From: a virus
Taxonomy: Duplodnaviria; Caudoviricetes
Direction: 5' to 3' (one strand)
Virus record (IMG/VR): IMGVR_UViG_3300036859_000207
Span: 1 to 60,385 of that record
Length of the DNA: 60,385 nt
The notes beneath the pieces were generated by a model that was not told where the DNA came from, made no database searches, and was given only the letters and a program-made list of their open reading frames with translations. Shown in pieces: positions 45,962-54,851 of the stretch. Position 1 is the stretch's first letter, and each line of letters begins with the position of its first letter. Position numbers and translations under genes: made by a program.

Positions 45962-46321
45962 TCAGGTTGCCTCCGCCATATCCGGGATCATCTTCCCCTC
46001 TTCCTCTTTCGCCCTAGGCGGGAGGCCACACGCGGAACGGAGGAAGAGTTCCCCGGTGTAGGCATCCTCAACGAGTTCGTCGCCGACGATGAGTGGTGCT
46101 TTGCAAGCCGCGCAGTAAAGGACTTCGCCGTGCTCGTCGTCTATAACCAGGGGATGCTCCTCATATGCAGCCTCGGCAGCCGAGGCTGCATCGTCCAAGG
46201 CCTTGAACTCCTCCTCCGATATGTCATCCGGGGCTTCGTCCCTGGCGTCCTGGGCTTTCGCCATCGCCTCGTAAAGTCTCGCCGCTTCTTCCCTGGCTTC
46301 CATGTTGTCGGGCTTGATCAT
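45962..46321 (-). CDS. Acidic protein with CxxC
   Basis: D/E-rich; CAACK. Confidence 0.6.
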   Translation of the reverse strand: MIKPDNMEAREEAARLYEAMAKAQDARDEAPDDISEEEFKALDDAASAAEAAYEEHPLVIDDEHGEVLYCAACKAPLIVGDELVEDAYTGELFLRSACGLPPRAKEEEGKMIPDMAEAT

Positions 46322-46353
46322 TGGTGGTCCAATCCTCCTGGCTGCATCCTCGA

Positions 46354-46968
46354 CTATCGCCCATTGGTGGGTTCCTTTCTCATCTCAATTCGCCTTTCGA
46401 GATCGTGACGGCGTTTCAGCATGTCGCCTCCGATCTTTTCGAGCGCAGCCGACACCCGCGCATCGCCATGGCCGCGAACACAAAGAGCGTAGGCGGCGTC
46501 AAAATCCTTCGCAGCCTGCTTGCAGCCTTCAATTTCCTTGCCTTGCTGTGGTAGCCGCGAATTCTTTCTGGCAAAGCTCCACAGGGCGCCGACCCAGCCC
46601 TCTTTCGCGGCTTGCTTGCCGAGCGGCGTCACCATCAGGTCGTTGGCGAGCTTCAAGCGCTCGGTGGTCCAGTCACGGTTGACGCCGCTGTCGTGCTCAA
46701 CCGACAGCGTTTCCGACTGCCGTTGAGCTTCGATCCAGCGCTTGGCATCCAGGCAAGCGTCGATGCATTCGGACACCAGCGGCGTTTGCGGTTTCTTGCG
46801 CGTGCGCACCATCTCGCGACCGGCGCGCTCGACGACATCGTCAGGGAACCCACTCAGCTCGCGGACCATGGTTTCCGCCCACGCGGCTTCCTTGTCATCA
46901 TCCCAACGGAACGGCGGGAAGTGCTGTAGAACCCTGTCGGCGAATGCGATCACCACCTTTTTGCTCAT
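46354..46968 (-). CDS. Replication accessory protein (helicase-loader-like position)
   Basis: ATGA-coupled downstream of initiator; ELSGFP.DVV.RA...P.VSEC pattern. Confidence 0.55.
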   Translation of the reverse strand: MSKKVVIAFADRVLQHFPPFRWDDDKEAAWAETMVRELSGFPDDVVERAGREMVRTRKKPQTPLVSECIDACLDAKRWIEAQRQSETLSVEHDSGVNRDWTTERLKLANDLMVTPLGKQAAKEGWVGALWSFARKNSRLPQQGKEIEGCKQAAKDFDAAYALCVRGHGDARVSAALEKIGGDMLKRRHDLERRIEMRKEPTNGR

Positions 46969-47891
46969 GAGCGGCCACCTTTCTCGGCGGCTTCTTCCAC
47001 ATGGCGAAGAAGGCGGGCAGCCCGGCTCTCCTTGGGCTTGCCGGACGATCTTGCCGCCTCGAGCCGAACGTCATGCACTTGGCCTTCGTTGAAATCGCTC
47101 ATCATGGCCCGCTTGACGGTGGCCATGGGGCTTGCCGGCTTCTTGCCGTTGATTGCCCAATCGCGAGCGCAAATTTCCGCGATGGCTCGCGCACGATCCT
47201 TGGTCATGCCGATCATGCCGGCGGCAAGGTCAATGGCGGCGTAATCTATTTTGAAGCCGGGACCATAAATCGCGATGCCGTTAAGTTGTACCTGCCCGTC
47301 TTCATTCGGTTGCTCGCTCTTAGAGAGAGAAGAGATAGATATAGACTCTCTCTCTCTATAGAGGAGAGGCGTTGTGGCAGGCTGGCTGGCCACAATCGGA
47401 GAAACGACAGGATTTGCGGCAGGCTGGCCGGCCATAACGCCGGTTGTGGCAGCGAGGCTGGCCACAACGCTTGCGGCAACGCGGCTGGCCACAAGCTCCG
47501 TTGTGGCAGCCTCGTCGGCCACAAGATTTGCGGCAGCGTGGCTGGTCACAACGTCTCTTGTGGCAGCCGCGGGGATACGTGAGCCTGCCACAACGGCAGT
47601 TGCAAGCGCATCCTCAATGCAGCCTTGGAGCTCGAAAAGCGCCTTCGCCCGGCCGCGGCCGAAGGTATGTTTTACGAACACCTCCAGTTCGGCTAGGTGA
47701 TCCTTTATCGCCGGTCGCGACCATCCGGTAATCCGCTCGAGATCACGGACAGAGAGGTTGAGTTGGTTCTTACCCTCAGCGACGAGGAAGATCACCATCG
47801 CGAGGTGCTGACCGATGCGGGTGACTTCGCCGGAGTAGAGCACCCGGCGGATGAATTCCTCGCGCGTCAATAGGTTGGCTGAAGAGGTCAT
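46965..47891 (-). CDS. Replication initiator (lambda O-like organisation)
   Basis: N-terminal wHTH (LSVRDLERITGWSRPAIKDHL); central DNA repeats. Confidence 0.75.
   Translation of the reverse strand: MTSSANLLTREEFIRRVLYSGEVTRIGQHLAMVIFLVAEGKNQLNLSVRDLERITGWSRPAIKDHLAELEVFVKHTFGRGRAKALFELQGCIEDALATAVVAGSRIPAAATRDVVTSHAAANLVADEAATTELVASRVAASVVASLAATTGVMAGQPAANPVVSPIVASQPATTPLLYRERESISISSLSKSEQPNEDGQVQLNGIAIYGPGFKIDYAAIDLAAGMIGMTKDRARAIAEICARDWAINGKKPASPMATVKRAMMSDFNEGQVHDVRLEAARSSGKPKESRAARLLRHVEEAAEKGGRS
47321..47593. repeat. Putative replication origin: palindromic iterons plus AG/AT-rich tract
   Basis: About seven TTG(T/C)GGCAG...GGCCACAA-like units next to agagagaga...ctctctctct at 47322-47357. 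Confidence 0.75.
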
Positions 47892-48109
47892 ACGCGCCCC
47901 TCCGTGATGGCTTTGGCGAGTGCGCGCAGCTGCACGCGCGAGAGGCGTGGGCTCATGACGGCCGCGATCAACTGCTGCAGCTGGTGGGTAGCTTCCTCAA
48001 GAGGTGTCTGGTGCGAGCGAAAGCTGCCGCTTCGCTGTTCGGCGCGGTCGGCAGCTTCCGCCACCCAGCGTTGGCGCTTGACATCCTGTGTATACTTGGT
48101 AGTGTCCAT
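47888..48109 (-). CDS. Hypothetical protein
   Basis: SD aagga; ATGA coupling. Confidence 0.6.
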   Translation of the reverse strand: MDTTKYTQDVKRQRWVAEAADRAEQRSGSFRSHQTPLEEATHQLQQLIAAVMSPRLSRVQLRALAKAITEGRV

Positions 48110-48205
48110 CCTGTTTTCCTTTCGGTGCGGGTCGTTACCAGCGACCTCGGTTAAGGTTCTCGGGCAATTCCGATGGCTCTCCCTGGCAGGAGGGCCATCG
48201 CAGTT

Positions 48206-49246
48206 TCAGGCGGAAGCTTTCTTCTTCAGGACCTCCGTGAGCATGGTGGCGGGGTGATGGGCGCCGTTGCCGTTGAGATTTGGGGCAAGAACGCGCTTGC
48301 CTTTGCCGCGAAAGGGGATTGCATGGCCCTCGTCGGCGAAATCCTGGAGCCAATGGCAAACCGTCGTCGGGCTCACGGCCCAGCGCGCCGCCAAAGCCTT
48401 GTTTTGGGGGAAGCGCTCTCCCTTGACGATCAGCCGGATGACCTCGGCGCGAGCGGCGTCCTTTGCGAATTTGGCTGGCGATTTGCCAAATTTGTCATGG
48501 CTTTCCTGTGCAATCACAGGCACCCCTGATGCGGCATGGGCGGCAACGAGAGGCTCTACCCGATTTCGCAAAAACGACCATTGATAGAGGCACCCGTACT
48601 GGATGATCAGGAGCAGAGCCGCCAACCCGATCGTCATCCAGCTGCGGACATCGGCCTCAGCGAGCCCCGTCACCCGAGCAATCGTCGCCGATTGGCCATC
48701 CCCTACCGTTGGGATGTCTCCTGACTGCAGATTTTTGATCTGATCGCCAACGGCCTTGCCGACCGCGGCGATGCCGGCCTCCATGGTTTTGCTGGCGCTG
48801 GCGCCCTTGTCCTTGACCTTGCTCTGCTCAGACAGAGCATCGACTGTGATCGACTTGGACCATTCGAGAAATCCAGCAGCGAGCTTGGATGCCTGCTCGC
48901 TGGACTGGGCGCGAGCCTCGCGCGTCGTCCCCTGGAACCCGATGATACCCCCCAGGGTGACGCAGAAGCACAGGGAGCCCAGAATGAGCGCCCCCTTGGC
49001 CTGATTTCTCTCGCCCACGGCGGAGTGGGTACCGGAGGTAGACATCAGATAGGCGCCGGCGATGTCCACAAAAACCAGCGCCACGGCCCACAGTATCTTT
49101 TCCGCCAGCGAGAGCCCGAAGCTCCAGCCATAGAACCCCGTCATGGCAGCGCAAGAGATCAGCAGGACGCGGGACACGACGTACAGCCCGCGCGCTTGGC
49201 TGCGCACGTGCTTTTCCATGCGGGATGCTTTGGGCTGGGCGCTCAC
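48206..49246 (-). CDS. Multi-TM membrane protein with C-terminal HTH
   Basis: Four hydrophobic helices; NKALAARWAVSPTTVCHWL. Confidence 0.7.
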   Translation of the reverse strand: MSAQPKASRMEKHVRSQARGLYVVSRVLLISCAAMTGFYGWSFGLSLAEKILWAVALVFVDIAGAYLMSTSGTHSAVGERNQAKGALILGSLCFCVTLGGIIGFQGTTREARAQSSEQASKLAAGFLEWSKSITVDALSEQSKVKDKGASASKTMEAGIAAVGKAVGDQIKNLQSGDIPTVGDGQSATIARVTGLAEADVRSWMTIGLAALLLIIQYGCLYQWSFLRNRVEPLVAAHAASGVPVIAQESHDKFGKSPAKFAKDAARAEVIRLIVKGERFPQNKALAARWAVSPTTVCHWLQDFADEGHAIPFRGKGKRVLAPNLNGNGAHHPATMLTEVLKKKASA

Positions 49247-49464
49247 GCGGTCTCCATCTCTGCGGGAAAGCGGTGCTTGGCGGGCTTTTTCCGTCTGCCA
49301 TGGATGAGATCGATTGGCCGGGAGCCGCCATGCTTGGCCCGCTGCAGCGTTGCCCTGATGTATGCCCTGCAGCAGTTGAGGTGCCTGGCAATTTGCTCGT
49401 GGCTCAGACCGGCTTCATGGAGAGCCAAGACACGCAGTTTCTTTGTCGGCGGACGCGACATCAC
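49243..49464 (-). CDS. Small HTH protein
   Basis: GLSHEQIARHLNCCRAYIR. Confidence 0.75.
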   Translation of the reverse strand: MMSRPPTKKLRVLALHEAGLSHEQIARHLNCCRAYIRATLQRAKHGGSRPIDLIHGRRKKPAKHRFPAEMETA

Positions 49465-50051
49465 GCGGTCTCCATCGCGTCGAATTCCTCAAGGCTCTTC
49501 AGGGGTATTTGCGGTTGCTGTAGCGCTCTCTTGGTATCGAACCACTGCGGACCACGGCCCAAACGCGGCTGGATGGGTTGAAGGCTTCTGGCATTGTGGA
49601 AGTCGCAGTACGATTTGCCGGGGATCGCCTTGTGGCAGCAGAAGTAATAGGGGTCTGCCTTGGTGCCGGTGCCGTATGGCCACCTGCAATCGCCGCGCTC
49701 CAGGTCCAGGAGCTGCTTGCGCTGGTCGGGCGGGACGACGAGATCGGAGCCGGCTTGGTTGGTCTGGCGTTCGGCGGCGGCACCGGATCGCGCCGCTATC
49801 TCAGCTAACTGCGTCGCCGTCTTGGCCATCTTTGGGAGATGCGGACGCAGCCGGGTGCGCTTTCCGGCCCTGACCTGGGACTCATAGTTTCTGCGCGAGG
49901 TGGTGACCCGGCCCGGCAGGCCGAGGCGGTACACCTTGCCGATCACGGCGTTGCGGGTGATCACGAGCCGACGGGCGATTTCGCCGCCACTCAGGCCATC
50001 AGCCCACAGCCGCTTGAGTGTTTCCACACGGTCATCCGTCCAGGCGGCCAC
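49461..50051 (-). CDS. gcrA: GcrA cell-cycle regulator homolog
   Basis: WTDDRVETLKRLWADGLS..EIA..L..TRNAVIGKVYRLGL; LLDL...CRWP.G...FC...YCDFH. Confidence 0.92.
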   Translation of the reverse strand: MAAWTDDRVETLKRLWADGLSGGEIARRLVITRNAVIGKVYRLGLPGRVTTSRRNYESQVRAGKRTRLRPHLPKMAKTATQLAEIAARSGAAAERQTNQAGSDLVVPPDQRKQLLDLERGDCRWPYGTGTKADPYYFCCHKAIPGKSYCDFHNARSLQPIQPRLGRGPQWFDTKRALQQPQIPLKSLEEFDAMETA

Positions 50052-50102
50052 GTTCTGCTCCCATAGAGTTTTGGGTGGGACGCACAACGCAACGGACTGG
50101 AA

Positions 50103-50278
50103 AAGCATCAGAGTTCTGCGCATCGGAGGGCTTTGGGCTCTGCAGAGCTTTGGCCCGGCTCACAGGCGGCCACAGCCCCTGATGTTGCCTGTCGGGAACC
50201 TCGCTTCACGGCTGCCTAACCCGGTCCCTTCCGGCCAAGACAGATGTTGCAAGGGCGATGCGCAGAACGCTGATGCTT
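50103..50278. repeat. 23-bp inverted repeat enclosing about 130 nt in the gcrA leader
   Basis: aagcatcagagttctgcgcatcg / cgatgcgcagaacgctgatgctt, 1 mismatch. Confidence 0.8.
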
Positions 50279-50473
50279 GCGGACGCAACGCAACTGACTT
50301 CGGGACTTGATCAGCACCCGTCCTCTACCAGACGGTGCGACACGCAACTTATGGTTGACCGACACGGTACTGACGGATTACGCTCTCAACGTCGGGTCAT
50401 CATGCGGGGTGGGCTGGCCGTTATGCGTAACTGCGGGGAGGCCATGATGCCCAAACCGACGCCAGGGTGACGC

Positions 50474-50722
50474 TTACGCCGCCCGTGAGCCCTCCTGACG
50501 CGCCGAGGGCACCTCAAAGAACCAGTTGTTGTCCCAGGCAATTCGCTTCCGGCGCGCGAGCTTCCGGATGCGCTCTTGTGCTTGGGTCGAGATCGGCCGG
50601 CCGCCCTCGAAACGCGAGATGTTGGGCGCCGTGTAGCCGAGCATGGTCGCGAATTCTTCCTGTGTCGGCACCTTGAAGATGCACTCACGGATGAACCGCG
50701 CGGGGGTCAGGGCCTCGCTCAT
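50474..50722 (-). CDS. cro: Cro-like repressor
   Basis: TQEEFATMLGYTAPNISRFEGG HTH; divergent from cI. Confidence 0.8.
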   Translation of the reverse strand: MSEALTPARFIRECIFKVPTQEEFATMLGYTAPNISRFEGGRPISTQAQERIRKLARRKRIAWDNNWFFEVPSARQEGSRAA

Positions 50723-50734
50723 GATGGTTTTGAA

Positions 50735-50784
50735 CATACATGAATTGTATGCGTTGACAAGGCCCCTCAAACAGTTTCTGTATA
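50735..50784. promoter_or_regulatory. OR-like operators and divergent promoters
   Basis: CATACA-N5-TGTATG at 50735-50751; CAAACA-N5-TGTATA at 50768-50784; TTGACA at 50754. Confidence 0.75.
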
Positions 50785-50818
50785 GGGGCGTGGCCTCCGG
50801 TCCGCTAAACATGCGGGC

Positions 50819-51415
50819 ATGTCGAGGGACATCGGTAAAAAGATTGCTGAGTTGCGCAAGCTCCTTGGGGACACCCAGGAGATATTTGGCGAGCGCCTTG
50901 GTGTGGAACAAGCAACAGTCAGCCGCTGGGAGAAGGGTGAGCCGCCTCAGCGCCGGTACGAGAAGCCCATTGCGGACCTTGCTCATATGACGGTCGCGGA
51001 GTTCTTTCACTCGGCCGAAAAGCCGAGATTGATCCCAATTATCGGGGATCTGTCGGACAGAGGGGTTGCCCTGAGACCGACCAAATCGGGTGGCGCCATA
51101 GGCCATATCACATTGAGTTTAGGGGAAAATGACCAGATCGCTCTGACGGTCGTCGGGAACGCGCTGGCTCCCGCCTATCGCCACGGTGACACGATCATCG
51201 CCGGCAAACTCATCAAGGCGAAGATGGCCAAGGCGGTGGGCCGGGACTGCATTGTTTTGAGTACCTCTGGCGATGCCTACATCAAGAACGTGCGCAAGGG
51301 CAGCCGCAAGGGCGCGTACAACCTTCGCGATGTCGGACTAACCTCCAGCGACGATCTTGAAGACGTCGAGCTCCAATGGGCGGCGCCCATCATCTGGATC
51401 GGACGCGCGCAGTAG
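50819..51415 (+). CDS. cI: CI-like repressor (XRE HTH plus S24-like domain)
   Basis: TQEIFGERLGVEQATVSRWEKG; VVGNALAPAYRHGD...YIK. Confidence 0.9.
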   Translation: MSRDIGKKIAELRKLLGDTQEIFGERLGVEQATVSRWEKGEPPQRRYEKPIADLAHMTVAEFFHSAEKPRLIPIIGDLSDRGVALRPTKSGGAIGHITLSLGENDQIALTVVGNALAPAYRHGDTIIAGKLIKAKMAKAVGRDCIVLSTSGDAYIKNVRKGSRKGAYNLRDVGLTSSDDLEDVELQWAAPIIWIGRAQ

Positions 51416-51489
51416 GCGTCTGCCGCGCCGGGTCTCCCCAGCCAAGAATTGCATTTTTGTCACAGCCAAGCGCCACCTTGTCGCGCACG

Positions 51490-51540
51490 AATACATTTTC
51501 TGTATTTTGCAGTTGACCAATCATACAAAAACTGTATGTT
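51490..51540 (+). promoter_or_regulatory. OL-like operators and PL promoter
   Basis: AATACA-N5-TGTATT at 51490-51506; CATACA-N5-TGTATG at 51522-51538; TTGACC-N16-TATGTT. Confidence 0.75.
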
Positions 51541-51667
51541 CCATCCTGTCACTGAGTGGCACCCGACTCGCACCGCAACCGCGAGAGCCTGCTTCCCCCA
51601 GGCGCCTTACGCTCCGTTAGGCAGGGAGCGCCGCTCAGTGACCCCGAATTGCGATGGAGGCGGTCAG

Positions 51668-52444
51668 ATGCACATTGCCATTGATCTTGAGCGTTTCGAG
51701 AAACTGCCGCCACTTCGGCACGGCAGTCATACTCCGAACGACACCGATATGTGCGTGATGGAGGCCGTTGCCTATGTCACGCACAAGGACTGGTCCGACC
51801 ATCCTCCATGCGTGTGTCCCGTCATCGGCGCCTTCATGCGAGCCTGGAACGATGGCCTGCCGGACGACGAAAGCCGCACGCGACTGCTCAAGCCGCTCAT
51901 CCCGAAGTTGATCAACACGCGTGGCTCGAATGCACTTGAGCAACGCCGCGCCACTATGGCGGCTGACTGGTTGGTGCGTGAGCACACCGTTGCGTGGCTG
52001 CGATTGGCCAAGTTAGACACGGCGGCTGATGCACTTGCGGCGCTGCCGGAGATTACCGACTTCGCCCAATGCCCACCACTCATGCCCGCGCTTGAGGCGG
52101 CACGCAAAGATGCGGCTGCCGCCTGGGATGCCGCCAGGGCTGCCGCCAGGGCTGCCGCCTGGGATGCCGCCTGGGCTGCCGCCAGGGCTGCCGCCTGGGA
52201 TGCCGCCAGGGCTGCCGCCATGGATGCCGCCTGGGATGCCGCCTGGGCTGCCGCCAGGGCTGCCGCCATGGATGCCGCCTGGGATGCCGCCTGGGCTGCC
52301 GCCAGGGCTGCCGCCATGGATGCCGCCATGGATGCCGCCATGGATGCCGCCTGTGCTGCGCTCGCACCTACGGCGCTTGCTCTTCAACAGTCCGCACTTG
52401 CCCTTGTCGAGCGGATGATCGCTCTCAAAGACGGCGAGGCATGA
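51668..52444 (+). CDS. Phage protein with Ala-rich tetrapeptide repeats
   Basis: SD ggagg; CVMEAVAY...SDHP.CV.PVI N-domain; AAAW/DAAR repeats. Confidence 0.8.
   Translation: MHIAIDLERFEKLPPLRHGSHTPNDTDMCVMEAVAYVTHKDWSDHPPCVCPVIGAFMRAWNDGLPDDESRTRLLKPLIPKLINTRGSNALEQRRATMAADWLVREHTVAWLRLAKLDTAADALAALPEITDFAQCPPLMPALEAARKDAAAAWDAARAAARAAAWDAAWAAARAAAWDAARAAAMDAAWDAAWAAARAAAMDAAWDAAWAAARAAAMDAAMDAAMDAACAALAPTALALQQSALALVERMIALKDGEA
52115..52354 (+). repeat. 20 x 12-nt tandem repeat G(C/A)TGCCGCC(TGG/AGG/ATG)
   Basis: Directly visible. Confidence 0.95.
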
Positions 52445-52752
52445 TCATGGCCAAATTTCAGATCAACGGCGGCTATCGCCTTCAGACCATCGATGCGCCG
52501 ACCCAGGAAGCCGCAGAGGCAGTGGCGGTTGCCACCAGCATCGGCGCCGGCATCCGAGAGCCGGAGCTTTCCCACATCACCTGGGCCCGTCCGGTTCGGG
52601 TTGCAGAGATGGAAACTCTCGACATCGAGCGCCAGCTGCGCGGGATGCTGAAGCGCAACGCGCGCAATTCCTGGGCCGCCGAGGCGCCCATTCAAATCGC
52701 CATCCGGATGGCCGAGCTGCGCAAGCGCCGCGAGCAGGAGGCAAAGCTATGA
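52441..52752 (+). CDS. Hypothetical protein
   Basis: ATGA coupling. Confidence 0.65.
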   Translation: MIMAKFQINGGYRLQTIDAPTQEAAEAVAVATSIGAGIREPELSHITWARPVRVAEMETLDIERQLRGMLKRNARNSWAAEAPIQIAIRMAELRKRREQEAKL

Positions 52753-53249
52753 GCGGCGGCAGAGGTGGTGATCTCAAGCGCGCCCTTAAACTTTGGGTGC
52801 AGGTCGATCCGTACGTGGGGCTTCTGAAAATCGGGCGCGAGTGCGGTATGGCAACCAAGCGTATCAGGGGGGCAGCCAAGGCGCGTGATCTGCCGCGACC
52901 GCCAAGGCCGATCCTAAGTGTTCGAGGGCGACGGCGGAAGGGGTTGGAGCCGCCGAAGCCGCGCAAGCTTCCTAATCATGAGGTCGCCAAGCGTGCCGCC
53001 GCCGCTGTGCGCAAGCGCAAACTCGATGAGCGACGCGCGCGTCTGCTGCACCTGTGGGGACTGGGTCTCGATCTGAAGACTATTGGCCGGCGCATTGGCA
53101 TTTCTGGATCCCATGCCAAGAAGCAGCTTGCCAGCTATGGCGTAGATACCAGCGGAGCAAGGTATCGCATACCGCCAACCGGGGCCGGTGTAGTCGCGCC
53201 GAACAGCGGCACACGGGGTCTTGCAACAAGCATGTGGAGGCGAACGTGA
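52749..53249 (+). CDS. Basic double-HTH protein
   Basis: LLKIGRECGM; LKTIGRRIGISGSH. Confidence 0.6.
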   Translation: MSGGRGGDLKRALKLWVQVDPYVGLLKIGRECGMATKRIRGAAKARDLPRPPRPILSVRGRRRKGLEPPKPRKLPNHEVAKRAAAAVRKRKLDERRARLLHLWGLGLDLKTIGRRIGISGSHAKKQLASYGVDTSGARYRIPPTGAGVVAPNSGTRGLATSMWRRT

Positions 53250-53251
53250 CG

Positions 53252-53425
53252 ATGACCCCAGAACGCCTTTCCCCGGAGCGCCAGAAGCTCCTGACCGATC
53301 TTCGCGAAGCGCTTCAGGCCCTCACCAAGAAATACGACCAGCCCGATCCTCTTGCCTCGGCCATTTCCGCCGTCCACGCCAGCAGGAAGAGGCATCCAAC
53401 GGAATGGGTGGAGGTGCAATCGTGA
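53252..53425 (+). CDS. Hypothetical protein
   Basis: SD ggagg; GTGA coupling. Confidence 0.55.
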   Translation: MTPERLSPERQKLLTDLREALQALTKKYDQPDPLASAISAVHASRKRHPTEWVEVQS

Positions 53426-53934
53426 GAGGATATTGCGGCATCGCTCTCCTTGGAACCAAGTTTCCCTCCAACGTGGGAACAGTCCTTCGGTCGGCGCACT
53501 GTTTCGGTGCTGATTTCTTGGCGACCATTGGCGCCCGCTATGTGCGCCGGCAAGCGACAGATACCACAGCGGCTGAGCGCCATGTTCCGCTATTCCACTT
53601 CGGAAATGTTGAGGCGTTCATGGCTTCGCTGCCGTCGACCGCACAAGTTGTTGCGATCGAGGTGGATGGGGTGGCCGACCTATCGTCATTCCAGCATCCA
53701 GAGCGCGCCGTATATCTTCTGGGAGCAGAAGATCGGACGCTTCCTTGGAATGATAAATGGAAGCGCGTCCGAATACCCACGAAGCTGTGCCTAAATTTGG
53801 CCGTCGCCGCCAGCATCGTCCTCTACGATCGCGAGGCGAAGTTTAGAAGTAGCAAGAGTTCGGCAGCGGGGCCGGAGAGTGTGTGTAGCGTCGCAGATCA
53901 AGATGCGGGCAGTGCGGGGGTTGGTCTCCGCTAG
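53422..53934 (+). CDS. SpoU/TrmH-family RNA 2'-O-methyltransferase
   Basis: NVGTVLRSAHCFG; YLLGAED; IP...CLNLAVAASIVLYDR. Confidence 0.9.
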   Translation: MRGYCGIALLGTKFPSNVGTVLRSAHCFGADFLATIGARYVRRQATDTTAAERHVPLFHFGNVEAFMASLPSTAQVVAIEVDGVADLSSFQHPERAVYLLGAEDRTLPWNDKWKRVRIPTKLCLNLAVAASIVLYDREAKFRSSKSSAAGPESVCSVADQDAGSAGVGLR

Positions 53935-53942
53935 CACACGAC

Positions 53943-53984
53943 GGCGGGCGGTTTCTCAGAGGGGTCTTGGGGGAACCGCCCGCC
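53943..53984 (+). terminator. Strong hairpin after SpoU gene
   Basis: ggcgggcggtt...aaccgcccgcc 11-bp stem. Confidence 0.5.
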
Positions 53985-53998
53985 ACTTACAAAAAGCG

Positions 53999-54274
53999 AT
54001 GAACGAAATGTCCAGAAAACGACACCAATACATAAGCGCAAGCGTCGACATCCATGACGCTGAAGTGGAGGTCGACATCGCACAGCTGGATGACAGCGAT
54101 ATCCGCGCAGTCATGGAAGAGGCCCATGAGCGAGGGATAGGCGGGCCGCTTGACTATGAGCGTGACTATGCCGAGCGGGCGCTGGAGGCACTCCTGGGCA
54201 AGCGCTACGGGGCGGCAATCGCGCTTCTGGACCGCGCGCTGTATCCGTCGCAGGTAACCCCAGAAAGAGTTTGA
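53999..54274 (+). CDS. Hypothetical protein
   Basis: ORF track. Confidence 0.6.
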   Translation: MNEMSRKRHQYISASVDIHDAEVEVDIAQLDDSDIRAVMEEAHERGIGGPLDYERDYAERALEALLGKRYGAAIALLDRALYPSQVTPERV

Positions 54275-54475
54275 GACCGCACTCCGCAGCAGAACGATGA
54301 CCGAACCGTCCGCACCAACGAGTGCGCCGGAAGCCTGAAACAAAAACTAGGGACACAGAACAATGCGACGGATCAACGAAGGCTTTGGATGGATCGTGGT
54401 TCAGGTCATGGCGCTCTGCATGATCGGGCCGATCTTCGGAGTGCTTTGCGCGCTGTTGGCTACGGGAGCAATCAG

Positions 54476-54841
54476 ATGACTGGGGAAAGCGACGATATTC
54501 GGCGTGAGGTTGAGGAGCCATTCAAAGAGTTGGCTCCCATTGGCGACGTGAAGGTTGCGCCAGCGCACGGTATCGCCGCCATCGCATTGAATATGGCCAT
54601 GAAATACCACGACATAGGCACGGTTCAGGATGGCGCTCTTTACCAGCATTACAAACTGGAGGGGCGCAATATGGTCCCGCTTCATATCGACATGGTCTTT
54701 GAGACAGCCATCAAGATCGAGGCCCATCTTATGGGTTCGTCAAGACGTATTGCAGACCTCATCGTGAACGCCCTGGAGATCGAAGTCGCGGACGACGAGG
54801 TCGCTGCGGGACTCAAGGCGCAGAACACTGAGCAGAAGTAG
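54476..54841 (+). CDS. Hypothetical protein
   Basis: SD gggag. Confidence 0.65.
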   Translation: MTGESDDIRREVEEPFKELAPIGDVKVAPAHGIAAIALNMAMKYHDIGTVQDGALYQHYKLEGRNMVPLHIDMVFETAIKIEAHLMGSSRRIADLIVNALEIEVADDEVAAGLKAQNTEQK

Positions 54842-54851
54842 GGAGCCTGAG

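Noticed and set aside
47371-47593. CRISPR-like palindromic repeats
   Set aside because: Spacers are only a few bases and the repeats lie inside the initiator gene; they fit iterons.
52115-52354. CRISPR array or DGR variable region
   Set aside because: Tandem in-frame coding repeats with no spacers; no cas or reverse transcriptase gene and no TR/VR pair seen.
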